Part shown: one piece after another, positions 45,991 to 55,007 of the stretch
How positions within the stretch are numbered: the stretch's first letter is position 1
Layout: the number at the start of each line of letters is the position of its first letter
NCBI GenBank assembly: GCA_963675855.1
Contig: OY776633.1
Span: 172,318 to 236,317 of the forward strand
Reading direction: 5' to 3'
Source: Christensenellaceae bacterium
GTDB taxonomy: Bacteria; Bacillota; Clostridia; Christensenellales; CAG-138
DNA: 64,000 bases
The notes under the pieces: model-generated
The model's database searches: none
What the model was told of the DNA's origin: nothing
Seen by the model: only the letters and a program-made list of their open reading frames with translations
Translations under genes and position numbers: made by a program

Positions 45991-46953
45991 ATGAAATGGC
46001 TGGAAATCAGCGTCTATACGACCGATGCGGGATTGGACGCGGTGACGCTCGCGTTTTCCAACGCAGGTCTCGACCAGGTGAATATCGAAGAAAGCCACGA
46101 ACGCGCGATGGCGTTTTTAAACGAACGCGCTCTTTATTGGGATTTTGCCGACGCGGATACGGTCGGCGTGGACGAACCGTGCGTCAAAGCGTACGTGGCG
46201 GACGTGCCGCAAAGCACGCCGGTGGTAGATAGCGTCAAGCGCGAAATCGCGCGGCTGCGGCAATCGGATCTCGGATTCGACGCGGGTTCGCTTTCGGTCG
46301 CGGTCAGCCGCATGGACGACGCGGACTGGGAAAACAACTGGAAAGCCTATTATAAACCGCTCAACATCGGAAAGCGGCTGTATGTGCTGCCCTGCTGGCT
46401 GGACGAGCCCGCGCCGGAAAGCAGGGTCACGCTGAAGCTCGATCCCGGCGTGGCGTTCGGCACCGGCGAACACCAGACCACGCGCATGTGCCTCGAGCTG
46501 CTCGAAACCGTGGTAAAGCCGGGCGATCGTATGCTCGATCTCGGCTGCGGCAGCGGCATCCTCTCCGTCGCCTCCGTGCTGCTCGGCGCAAAGCACGCCG
46601 TCGCGGTGGATATCGACCCCGTGGCGGAGCACGTCGCGCGCGAAAACGCCGCTATGAACGGCGTGGACGAAGCGCAGTACGACGTGCGCATCGGCGACCT
46701 TCTGGAGAACGAATCCCTGCGAGCAGGCATCCGGCGGGAGTACGACGTCGTCGCGGCGAACATCGTAGCGGGGGTGATTATCGCGCTTTCTCCGTTTGCA
46801 AAAACCTGCTGTAAAAAAGGCGCGCCGTTTATCGTCTCCGGTATCATCGACGAGCGGGAAGACGAAGTGAAAGCGGCGCTTGAACGCGACGGATTCACCA
46901 TGCAACGGATTTTGCGCAGCGACGGGTGGGTTGCCATGCTCTTCAGCGCGTAA
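45991..46953 (+). CDS. prmA: ribosomal protein L11 methyltransferase
   Basis: MKWLEISVYT..., WENNWKAYYKP, FGTGEHQTT, LDLGCGSGIL. Confidence 0.9.
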   Translation: MKWLEISVYTTDAGLDAVTLAFSNAGLDQVNIEESHERAMAFLNERALYWDFADADTVGVDEPCVKAYVADVPQSTPVVDSVKREIARLRQSDLGFDAGSLSVAVSRMDDADWENNWKAYYKPLNIGKRLYVLPCWLDEPAPESRVTLKLDPGVAFGTGEHQTTRMCLELLETVVKPGDRMLDLGCGSGILSVASVLLGAKHAVAVDIDPVAEHVARENAAMNGVDEAQYDVRIGDLLENESLRAGIRREYDVVAANIVAGVIIALSPFAKTCCKKGAPFIVSGIIDEREDEVKAALERDGFTMQRILRSDGWVAMLFSA

Positions 46954-46966
46954 AGGAGCCAAATAG

Positions 46967-47686
46967 ATGCGTCGGTTTTTCTGCGACAACATAACAGGCC
47001 GTACCGCGACCATCGCGGGCGACGACGCGCACCATATCTTCCGGGTGCTCCGCATGAAGGCGGGGGATGCGCTCTCGATCTGCGACGGGTCGGGTTATGA
47101 ATACGACGCGTCGATCACGTCCGTTTCGGCGGAGGCGGTCGTCTGCGCGCTCGGCGAGCAGCGTAAAAGCGGCGTGGAAAGCGCCGTGCAGGTGACGCTT
47201 TTCCAGTGCCTGCCCAAAACAGGCAAGATGGAAACCATCGTGCAAAAATGTACGGAACTGGGGGTGTTCGCCGTCGTTCCCGTGCTCTCCGCGCGCTGCG
47301 TGGTCGTGCCGAATAAAGATTTTGAGAAGAAGCGCGTCCGCTACGCGCGCGTCGCGCTGGAGGCGGCCAAGCAGAGCCGCCGCGCGCTTGTGCCGCAGAT
47401 ACTGCCGCTTACGCAATTCAAGCAGATCGACGTTAAGCAGTTCGACCTGTTTTTAATCGCCTACGAAGAGGAGACCGCGCGCACGCTGAAGCAGGCGCTG
47501 CGCGCCGCGCCGCCGTCGAAGCGCGTCGCCTTGCTGATCGGCCCGGAGGGCGGGCTGGAGGAGAGCGAAGTTTCGCATTTGACAAAATCGGGCGCGGTAA
47601 GCGTCTCCCTCGGAAGGCGCATCCTCCGTGCCGAAACCGCGGGCATGGCGATGCTCGCGCAGGTGCTCTACGAGGTGGATTCATGA
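46967..47686 (+). CDS. rsmE: 16S rRNA (uracil1498-N3)-methyltransferase
   Basis: MRRFF...HHIFRVLRMKAGD, C-terminal LIGPEGGLEESEV...LGRRILRAETA. Confidence 0.9.
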   Translation: MRRFFCDNITGRTATIAGDDAHHIFRVLRMKAGDALSICDGSGYEYDASITSVSAEAVVCALGEQRKSGVESAVQVTLFQCLPKTGKMETIVQKCTELGVFAVVPVLSARCVVVPNKDFEKKRVRYARVALEAAKQSRRALVPQILPLTQFKQIDVKQFDLFLIAYEEETARTLKQALRAAPPSKRVALLIGPEGGLEESEVSHLTKSGAVSVSLGRRILRAETAGMAMLAQVLYEVDS

Positions 47687-47732
47687 AATCGATGACGAAA
47701 ATACTTGTAAATGCGCGCAATGGGGTAATAAA

Positions 47733-49004
47733 ATGAGGGCCGCGTTAACCACGCTCGGCTGCAAGGTGAACCATTACGAAACCGAAGCCATGCGCGAGCT
47801 CTTCGCACAAGCCGGCTGGGAGATCGTGGATTTTTCCGACGCGGCGGACGTGTACGTGGTGAACACCTGCACCGTCACGCAGACGAGCGACACGAAATCG
47901 CGCCAGATGATCGCGCGCGCGCACCGGAAAAACCCGGACGCGCTGGTCGTCGCCGTCGGCTGCTACGCGCAGACCGCGCCGGAGCGCGTCTCCGCGCTGG
48001 AGGGCGTGGGTCTCGTTCTCGGCACCGACGGAAGAAGCGAGATCGTTTCCCGCGTCAAAGACGCGCTGCGTGCAAAGTCAGGCGAATCATTCGTCAATCC
48101 GATCTATGAAATGCGGACCTTCGAACCGCTCTCCGCCGTGCGCGACTCGCGCACGCGCGCCACGCTGAAAATTCAGGACGGCTGCGTCAACTTCTGCTCC
48201 TACTGCATCATCCCCTACGCGCGCGGTCCGCTGCGTTCGCGGCCGCCGGAAGACATCTCAAAGGAAGTCGCGCTCCTTGCGAACGAAGGTTACAAAGAGA
48301 TCGTACTCACGGGCATCCATCTGGCAAGCTACGGTCGCGATCTTGACGGCGAATTAACGCTGCCCGACGCGATCGAACGCGCGAGCGAGCCTGACGGCAT
48401 CCGCCGCGTCCGGCTCGGTTCGCTCGAACCGCTGTTCGTCACGAAAGAGGTGGCAAAGGCGCTTTCTCAAAATCCAAAGATCTGCCGCCAGTTCCACCTC
48501 TCGCTCCAGAGCGGGTCGGACACGGTGCTCAGACGCATGAACCGGCGCTATACGGCGCAGGAATATCTAGACGCCATCGGACTCCTTCGGTTGTACATGC
48601 CCTCCTGCGCTGTCACCACGGACGTGATCGCGGGCTTTCCAGGCGAAACGGAAGATGAGCACAAAGAGACGCTCGCGCTTTGCGGGCGGGCGGCGTTTGC
48701 GCGGATGCACGTGTTTCCCTTTTCGCTGCGAAAGGGCACCAGGGCGGAACAGCTTTCCGGACAGCTGCCCAAGGTAATCAAGGAGGCGCGCGCAAAGGAG
48801 CTGCTTGGGCTTGGCAAACGATTGACAAAAGCGTATCTGGATTCTCAGATCGGCAGCGTGGTCGAAGTGCTATCCGAAAGCGACGGCGCGGGCTATAGCG
48901 GCAACTACATCCGCGTGCGCACCGCCGCGCCGGAGGGCGAAATCGTACGCATCCGGCTCGACGGGTTCGAAGAAGAGACGGCGCACGGAACACAATTGGA
49001 TTGA
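47733..49004 (+). CDS. mtaB: tRNA (t6A37) methylthiotransferase MtaB (MiaB-like radical SAM)
   Basis: LGCKVNHYETEAM N-terminal UPF0004 domain, radical-SAM CVNFCSYCIIPYARG, and the position after prmA-rsmE. Confidence 0.85.
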   Translation: MRAALTTLGCKVNHYETEAMRELFAQAGWEIVDFSDAADVYVVNTCTVTQTSDTKSRQMIARAHRKNPDALVVAVGCYAQTAPERVSALEGVGLVLGTDGRSEIVSRVKDALRAKSGESFVNPIYEMRTFEPLSAVRDSRTRATLKIQDGCVNFCSYCIIPYARGPLRSRPPEDISKEVALLANEGYKEIVLTGIHLASYGRDLDGELTLPDAIERASEPDGIRRVRLGSLEPLFVTKEVAKALSQNPKICRQFHLSLQSGSDTVLRRMNRRYTAQEYLDAIGLLRLYMPSCAVTTDVIAGFPGETEDEHKETLALCGRAAFARMHVFPFSLRKGTRAEQLSGQLPKVIKEARAKELLGLGKRLTKAYLDSQIGSVVEVLSESDGAGYSGNYIRVRTAAPEGEIVRIRLDGFEEETAHGTQLD

Positions 49005-49053
49005 ACTGAACCCTGCTGCCGGAGTACAATAGACAAAAGGAGTTGAAACATCC

Positions 49054-49398
49054 ATGAGCAACTGCATCTTTTGCAAGGTAGTCGCGGGGGAACTTCCCTC
49101 GAATAAGGTCTATGAGGACGATCTGGTCGTCGCGATCCGCGATATTGAGCCGCAGGCTCCCGTACATGTGCTCGTTATTCCGAAAAAGCACATTCTTGGC
49201 GTCAACGAGCTCGCCGCGGAGGACGAAGCCATCGTCGGCCACGCGTTTTCCGTCGTCAGTAAACTCGTTAAGGAGCTCGGTGTGGACGAAACGGGTTATC
49301 GCGTCGTCGTCAACAGCGGCCGTGACGGGCAGCAGAGCGTCCCGCACCTGCACTTCCATATACTCGGCGGAAGAATGCTTGCCTGGCCTCCGGGTTGA
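49054..49398 (+). CDS. HIT-family (histidine triad) nucleotide-binding protein
   Basis: CIFCKVVAGELP and the histidine triad HLHFHILGG, ending ...GGRMLAWPPG*. Confidence 0.9.
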   Translation: MSNCIFCKVVAGELPSNKVYEDDLVVAIRDIEPQAPVHVLVIPKKHILGVNELAAEDEAIVGHAFSVVSKLVKELGVDETGYRVVVNSGRDGQQSVPHLHFHILGGRMLAWPPG

Positions 49399-49645
49399 TT
49401 TCAGGTTTTTTTCGTCGAAACGAAAGAGATCGTTTCGGCGGTCGCCTGTCTGCCCGGCCCCCGGGTTGATTTCAGGTTTTTTTCGTCGAAACGAAAGAAA
49501 TCGTTTCAGCGGTCGCCTGTCTGCCCGGCCCCCGGGTTGATTTCAGTTTTTTTCGTCGAAACGAAAGAGATCGTTTCGGCGGTCGCCTGTCTGCCCGGCC
49601 TCCGGGTTGATTTGATTTCTTTCGACGAAAGAAAACGATTTTATA
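49364..49645 (+). repeat. tandem repeat, four units of about 71 bp (period 71, 71, 70; last unit diverged); unit 1 is the 3' end of the HIT gene
   Basis: The TC(G/A)GCGG anchor recurs at 49364, 49435, 49506 and 49576. CCGGGTTGA recurs at 49390, 49461, 49532 and 49602. Units 1-3 contain the 11-bp-stem hairpin CGTCGAAACGA-AAGAGA-TCGTTTCGGCG (one T-G pair); the diverged unit 4 carries TTTCTTTCG/CGAAAGAAA instead. Confidence 0.95.
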
Positions 49646-49677
49646 AGAGAAGAGTTTCTCTCTTCTCTTCATTTTTG
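49646..49677 (+). terminator. intrinsic terminator after the repeat array
   Basis: AGAGAAGAG-TTTCT-CTCTTCTCT followed by TCATTTTTG. Confidence 0.7.
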
Positions 49678-49763
49678 TTGAAAACTCATTTTACCGGATT
49701 TCGCTTTACGGCGGGTAAAATGTGTTACTATACTGGTATCGACTACGAGAGGAATCCTCCCGC

Positions 49764-50672
49764 ATGACACTTGGCCTAGGAACACGACTGCTCAAAGCGC
49801 AGCTTAAGCTGGCAAAACCACTGGAACGTTTCACCGATTTCAACACCATGCGCATCGCGCAGGACCAGCTCGGGCGCATGACCGCGGCGATATTGAAAAC
49901 GAAAGTCGGCTTCGATCCCGTCGCGTTCGACGATTTCCCGGCGTGTTACGCGGTTTCGCACGCGTGCGAATCGCCATGCGACCGCGTTGTCCTCTACCTG
50001 CACGGCGGCGGATATACGGCGGGCGGCCTGGATTACGCGAAGGGTTTCGGCGCGCTTCTGGCTTCACAGGCCGGATTGGCCGTGTTCTGCGCGGCGTACC
50101 GCCTCGCGCCGGAGCACCCGTTCCCCGCTGCGCAGGATGACGCGCTTAGTGCATACCGCTTTCTGCTCGATCAGGGCTATGCGCCTGGCCGCATCGCCGT
50201 CGTCGGGGAAAGCGCAGGCGGCGGGCTTACGTTCAGTCTGATCATGCGCCTGCGGGACGAGGGTTTGCCGCTTCCGGCATGCGCCGTGGCGATTTCCCCG
50301 TGGGCGGACCTCGCGCTGGCAGGCCCGTCCTACCAGAACAATGCGCAGCGCGACCCGACGCTGCTTCTCGAGGTGCTGGAGCACTGCGCCCAGGCTTACG
50401 CCGCCGGACGCGAACGCGAAGCGTATGTTTCGCCGGTATTCGGCGACGTAACCGGGTTTCCGCCCTGCCTGCTGTTTGCAGGAAGCGACGAAATATTGCT
50501 TTCGGACGCGGTGACCATGCAGAATCACCTCACGCAAGCGGGCATACGAAGCACGCTCGTGGTGGAAGAAGGCATGTGGCATGTATACCCGCTCTACGGC
50601 ACGCCGGAGAGCAAAAAAGCGCTGGAGGAGATGACCCTGTTTATCCGCACGGAACTGGGGCTCGAAGTTTGA
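49764..50672 (+). CDS. alpha/beta hydrolase, esterase/lipase (HSL-like, Abhydrolase_3)
   Basis: GAGAGGA RBS before MTLGLG. Oxyanion LYLHGGGYTAGG, nucleophile GESAGGGL. Confidence 0.85.
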   Translation: MTLGLGTRLLKAQLKLAKPLERFTDFNTMRIAQDQLGRMTAAILKTKVGFDPVAFDDFPACYAVSHACESPCDRVVLYLHGGGYTAGGLDYAKGFGALLASQAGLAVFCAAYRLAPEHPFPAAQDDALSAYRFLLDQGYAPGRIAVVGESAGGGLTFSLIMRLRDEGLPLPACAVAISPWADLALAGPSYQNNAQRDPTLLLEVLEHCAQAYAAGREREAYVSPVFGDVTGFPPCLLFAGSDEILLSDAVTMQNHLTQAGIRSTLVVEEGMWHVYPLYGTPESKKALEEMTLFIRTELGLEV

Positions 50673-50703
50673 CACGCCAGCCGATATCGTAAGGAAACGG
50701 ATT

Positions 50704-51993
50704 ATGCCGAAGACAAAAAACCCGAAGAAATGGATGAAGCTCGACAACGCGGCCCTCATCTATCCCGCGACGATGAACCGCAACTGGACGGCGCTCTTCC
50801 GGCTCTCGGCGACGCTGACCGAACCCATCGACGAGGACATCCTCGAAGTCGCGCAGAAACGCACGCTGCGCCGCCTGCCCTGGTTTGCCTACAAGCTCAA
50901 GCGCGGGCTTTTCTGGTTTTACCTTGAGCACAGCGACGACCTGCCGCGTATCGAAGAGGACGTCGCCAATCCCTGCGTGCGTATGCGCCTCGAAGAGAAC
51001 GACGGTTTCTGCATGCGCGTTCGTTATTACCACAGCCGCATCGCGGTGGAGTTTTTCCATGTGCTGACCGACGGCGCGGGCGGGCAGGTGTTTTTGCAGA
51101 CGCTCGTGGCGGAATACCTGCGGTTAAAATACGGCGCGAATATTCCAAGAAGCGACAAGATACTCGACTGCGCCGAAGCGCCGGGCTCCGACGAGGCCGA
51201 GGACAGCTTCTCCGTCCATTCGGGCAAGGTGACCCAATCGCGTAAAGAAGTCAAGGCCTACCATATCAAGGGAACGGACGAACGCAGCGGGTTCGTGCAT
51301 ATCATCACAGGTACCATGAACGCCGAGGACGTGCGGGCAAAAGCGCGCGAAAAAGGCGTGAGCATCACCGAATACCTCACGGCCGCGCTGATTCTCTCGA
51401 TCGACGCGATCCAGCGCAGGGAAATCCCGCAGGTACACAAATACAAGCCCGTGAAAATCACGGTACCGGTCAACCTGCGCAACGTTTTTCCGAGCAAAAC
51501 GCTTCGAAATTTCGCCAACTATGTCAACCCGGGCATCGACCCGCGCCTCGGAGAATACTCGTTTGACGAAACGCTCAACATCGTGCACCACTTCATGGCG
51601 ATGGAGGTCACAAAAAAACTCCTCAACGTGAGGATCACGACCAACGTCCGCTCCGAGCGCAATAAAGCGCTGCGGCTCATGCCGTTGTTTATCAAAAACG
51701 TCGCGCTCAAATATGTCTATTCCCAGGTAGGCGACGCGCTCTCTTCCACGACGCTGAGCAACCTCGGCGTAGCAAAGCTGCCCGAGCAGATGGCAATTTA
51801 CGTCCGGAGGATGGATTTTATACTCGGCCCGCTTGCCAACAACCGCGTCTGCTCCGCCGCGCTGACCTACAACGGCAGGCTACGCATCAACTTTACACGC
51901 ACCATCGTAGAACCGTTGCTGGAGCGCGAGTTTTTCACGCGTCTCGTCAAGCTCGGCATCCCCGTGAAGGTGGAGAGCAACCAGAAAGATTAA
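50704..51993 (+). CDS. HxxxD acyltransferase of the condensation / alcohol-acetyltransferase-like superfamily
   Basis: 429 aa. N-terminal KLDNAALIYPA and catalytic-type FHVLTDGAGG (HxxxDG). Confidence 0.65.
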   Translation: MPKTKNPKKWMKLDNAALIYPATMNRNWTALFRLSATLTEPIDEDILEVAQKRTLRRLPWFAYKLKRGLFWFYLEHSDDLPRIEEDVANPCVRMRLEENDGFCMRVRYYHSRIAVEFFHVLTDGAGGQVFLQTLVAEYLRLKYGANIPRSDKILDCAEAPGSDEAEDSFSVHSGKVTQSRKEVKAYHIKGTDERSGFVHIITGTMNAEDVRAKAREKGVSITEYLTAALILSIDAIQRREIPQVHKYKPVKITVPVNLRNVFPSKTLRNFANYVNPGIDPRLGEYSFDETLNIVHHFMAMEVTKKLLNVRITTNVRSERNKALRLMPLFIKNVALKYVYSQVGDALSSTTLSNLGVAKLPEQMAIYVRRMDFILGPLANNRVCSAALTYNGRLRINFTRTIVEPLLEREFFTRLVKLGIPVKVESNQKD

Positions 51994-52050
51994 CGCGCGT
52001 TTGTATTTTCTGTTGGATTATAATCGCACAGTACCGGAGGTGCATATACC

Positions 52051-52761
52051 ATGAGTTATTGCGTCAACTGCGGCGTCGAGCTGCAAAAGAGCGAGCCGCG
52101 GTGCCCGCTTTGCGGAACCGAAGTCGTCAACCCAAACGATGCGCCGGAAGAAAAGCCGCTCCGCCCGTATCCGAGCCATGTGGAGCATCTGGACAGAAGC
52201 GTGGACAGGCGCTATATCGCCTCGTTCGTTTCGCTGCTGCTGCTTATCCCGCTGTTTACCACGATGCTGGCAAACCTCCTCGTTGACAAGCAGTTTTCCT
52301 GGAGTTTTTACGTGCTCGGCGGAGAGCTGGTCATATTTTCAATCTTTCTGCTACCAATGATCGCGCGCATGCCGAAGATTCTGTACGTGCTCATCGACGC
52401 GGTCGCGGTCGGCGTGCTACTGCTGCTCATCCGCGTCATCGCGCAGAGCAGCTGGGACTGGTATTTGCTGCTCGGCCTGCCCATCACCGGACTGAACGCG
52501 CTGATGTCCTGGTTTTTCTCCGCGCTGGCTTCAAAAAAATGCCGCGTCGCGCTGTTGATACGCCTTACGTTCGCGTTGACCTGCGTCGGCTTGCTGGTCG
52601 TCGCTATCGACTTCTTTATCGGTCTGTACAACCATCACGTTACCTGGCCGACGTGGTCGCTCTACGTGCTCTTCCCGTGCCTCGTGCTCGCCAGCTCGCT
52701 GTTGCTTCTCAACCGCCGCAAGAGCGTGAAGGAGGAGATCAGAAAGAGATTTTACTTTTAG
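52051..52761 (+). CDS. zinc-ribbon + polytopic membrane protein (DUF6320-like)
   Basis: N-terminal CVNCGVELQKSEPRCPLCG (CxxC...CxxC), followed by about 6 TM segments. Confidence 0.65.
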   Translation: MSYCVNCGVELQKSEPRCPLCGTEVVNPNDAPEEKPLRPYPSHVEHLDRSVDRRYIASFVSLLLLIPLFTTMLANLLVDKQFSWSFYVLGGELVIFSIFLLPMIARMPKILYVLIDAVAVGVLLLLIRVIAQSSWDWYLLLGLPITGLNALMSWFFSALASKKCRVALLIRLTFALTCVGLLVVAIDFFIGLYNHHVTWPTWSLYVLFPCLVLASSLLLLNRRKSVKEEIRKRFYF

Positions 52762-52791
52762 ATTCGACCAAACCGTTTAATAATTGAATCG

Positions 52792-52842
52792 CCTTTCCGG
52801 TATAGCGGCATAAACGCTTCTATCCTGCCGGAAAGGTTTTTT
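52792..52842 (+). terminator. intrinsic terminator (long-loop hairpin)
   Basis: CCTTTCCGG ... CCGGAAAGG followed by T6. The 27-nt loop has an inner AGCG/CGCT stem. Confidence 0.6.
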
Positions 52843-53093
52843 ATATAGCGTCATTTCTCATCCGTCTTACAGGCAGTTTTCGTGTCGCTCATGCCGCAGG
52901 CTGAGGTCCATTATCTGTAACAGAGCCCTACAGCTCCGTTTTTCACAATTTCTCCACGCACAATTCAAACGTTCGTTCGGTATAATGAGTATAACAAGCC
53001 GGTTTTATCGGCGGCGCGTTTTCCGGGCGGGAAGCGGCCGACCTCTTCAACCGCGCGTATCAGTACGAGCTTGATAAGCAAGAACTGAACCGC

Positions 53094-53894
53094 ATGGATG
53101 CGTCAATTTTACCCCCTTTACAAAAGAGGATTCTGCGTGGAGAATTAGAGAAGAAGCTGGATGATTTGAAGGCGAAGGCGGAAAAAACAAAGACTCCCTC
53201 ACCTCAGCCTACGCCGAATCCGGATAAGACCCCATTACCGCAGCTGGGGCCCGGTATACCGGTTCTGACCCCTGTTCCCTACCCAAAAAACGGAGAAGTT
53301 GCATATATTTTTTACACAGATAATCCTGATGCGGATTTCTCCAAGCAAGCCGAATATCAGAAAAAGCAGCTCGAAAAACAAGGATATGAAGCGAAGCTGG
53401 TATGTACAAACGATGTAACGGCATTTTCGGATGCTTGGAACAGCATGAGTCCTAAAACCGGTGCGGCAGTCATCATTAGCCATAGTAACGGTATGTCATT
53501 AATTTTCGAGCATAATTCGACAACCAATGCGATCAGTGCGACGGGATTAGGCAGTAAAAACAACATTCTACCCTCAATAGGAGATTTACATGGCCCCGAC
53601 GTAGGAATACTATATCTCTATGCATGCAATGCGGGACATGAGGAACTCTTTCAAGAAAAAGGTATCAATGTCGCTGCCGCATTCAGTGATCTATCAACCG
53701 TTGACACGGTCTTTGCGTATGATGGCAGCGTTGGGTTCGGAATCCCAATTCTCCGAGATATTTTCCCAGATTTCTTTCTGGACCCAAGGCTGGCAAGCGA
53801 CCAGGATAGCTACTATGATATTTACAAGAAATTTGGCTTATCCAGCGAGATAGGTACGCCTTCGGGGTTAATCGAATATACTGACGATGATTAA
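53094..53894 (+). CDS. island ORF1: helical KKLDDLKAKA segment, Pro-rich linker, domain with clan-CD-like His/Cys dyad (hypothetical)
   Basis: 266 aa from the first ATG. The frame is open upstream to 52995 without an ATG. Motifs AAVIISHSNG and GILYLYACNAGH lie 48 residues apart. The coding sequence is AT-rich (about 37-45% GC on sampled lines). Confidence 0.55.
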   Translation: MDASILPPLQKRILRGELEKKLDDLKAKAEKTKTPSPQPTPNPDKTPLPQLGPGIPVLTPVPYPKNGEVAYIFYTDNPDADFSKQAEYQKKQLEKQGYEAKLVCTNDVTAFSDAWNSMSPKTGAAVIISHSNGMSLIFEHNSTTNAISATGLGSKNNILPSIGDLHGPDVGILYLYACNAGHEELFQEKGINVAAAFSDLSTVDTVFAYDGSVGFGIPILRDIFPDFFLDPRLASDQDSYYDIYKKFGLSSEIGTPSGLIEYTDDD

Positions 53895-53901
53895 GGAGAC
53901 A

Positions 53902-54492
53902 ATGATGCGCTTTCAAAGGAATAGGCGGATACTGCTCGCGATCGTTTTTACCTTGTTTATGATTATTGCAATAATCATAGTCATTGAGAATTATAACCAA
54001 CCATTCTCAGGTTATAATCGCAAATCCAGATATTTATCTTCAAACGGTTATGCAGCTGTACTTGGATGTAAAGAATTTTATGAGGAAGAGATTCTTACAC
54101 AGTGTGGTGAACCAGAAAGCCGTATTCGATGGGTTGATTCTGAAAAAAACGATAGAACCTTAATTCTGGATCAATACGAAAAATTCGACGTACTGTACTT
54201 ATATACCGATTGGTACAAAGGCGAACCATATAACACGCTTCTTTATGTTGTCTTCAAGCATGAATCGCTGCGGTTTGGCAGGATGAAAATCGGGATCGGC
54301 AGCACGAAGGACGAAGTGCATCAAGCCTACGCGGAAGAGCCGATGATCGATGCGGAAGAACTTGCATACAGCGCCGAGGATTATCCTGATGTGGACGAAG
54401 GGTTTTACGGCGAAGATTGGAGCCGAATCCTATTCTGCTATGATGATGCGGGTAGAGTCATATCGATGGCGTATGAGCCGCCTGCGTTTTGA
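53902..54492 (+). CDS. island ORF2: small membrane-anchored protein (hypothetical)
   Basis: AAGGAG RBS before ATGATG at 53902 (the ORF-track start at 53887 overlaps the ORF1 stop). N-terminal TM segment ILLAIVFTLFMIIAIIIVI, then a soluble domain of about 165 aa. Confidence 0.6.
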   Translation: MMRFQRNRRILLAIVFTLFMIIAIIIVIENYNQPFSGYNRKSRYLSSNGYAAVLGCKEFYEEEILTQCGEPESRIRWVDSEKNDRTLILDQYEKFDVLYLYTDWYKGEPYNTLLYVVFKHESLRFGRMKIGIGSTKDEVHQAYAEEPMIDAEELAYSAEDYPDVDEGFYGEDWSRILFCYDDAGRVISMAYEPPAF

Positions 54493-54649
54493 AGCGTTAT
54501 TTAAAACATGTTTGCGATCCTCTGATTGTTGGCACATCAGGATTGCTTGAATACGACAATGAAGATTGAGGAGTTATCTTTCATAAAAGCATAAACCCTT
54601 CCCTTTATTAACACGAACACTCCTTTTAACTACACTTGGAGTAATTCTA

Positions 54650-54898
54650 TTGTGCCTGATCTACTTCTGCTTTGAAGGGTTTTTTCTGGATTATATCAAT
54701 CGTTCGAACCATCAGGCGGTTTATCTTTCTACTTTAGGGCATGCCGATGCTTTAGGATTGGATCGTTTTACGTATGATGCTTTTAAGAGCTTACGGAAAG
54801 CCGGATTCCATACAGCCTGGGTTGATCCAGAATTTTCCGACCGTGAATTGTTACACCCTTATCGGAACTTTGACGTCCTCTATGAAGAAGCTGGATGA
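54650..54898 (+). pseudogene. truncated paralog of island ORF2
   Basis: Aligns with the N-terminal part of ORF2: YLSTLGHADALG versus YLSSNGYAAVLG, and WVDPEFSDRELLHPYRNFDVLY versus WVDSEKNDRTLILDQYEKFDVLY. It stops 4 codons after FDVLY, and the N-terminal TM segment is degenerate. Confidence 0.6.
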
Positions 54899-55007
54899 TT
54901 TAAAGGCGCGAGCGGGGCGCCTGAAAGCCGAGATTCCCGAAGCAACTTCCGAAATCCGTTCTTCAAACTATATTTTTCACGCATACCGGTTTTTGCCGCT
55001 GGAATGA
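54882..55007 (+). other. 41-codon ORF repeating the KKLDDLKA(K/R)A start of island ORF1 (module remnant)
   Basis: GAAGAAGCTGGATGATTT at 54884 is identical to 53150-53167 (28/32 over the longer match). Translation: MKKLDDLKARAGRLKAE... Confidence 0.4.

Noticed and set aside
49364-49645. Repeat array considered as a CRISPR array
   Set aside because: The units are contiguous (period about 71 bp) with no unique spacers. The first unit is the end of a protein-coding gene, and no cas genes are in the window.
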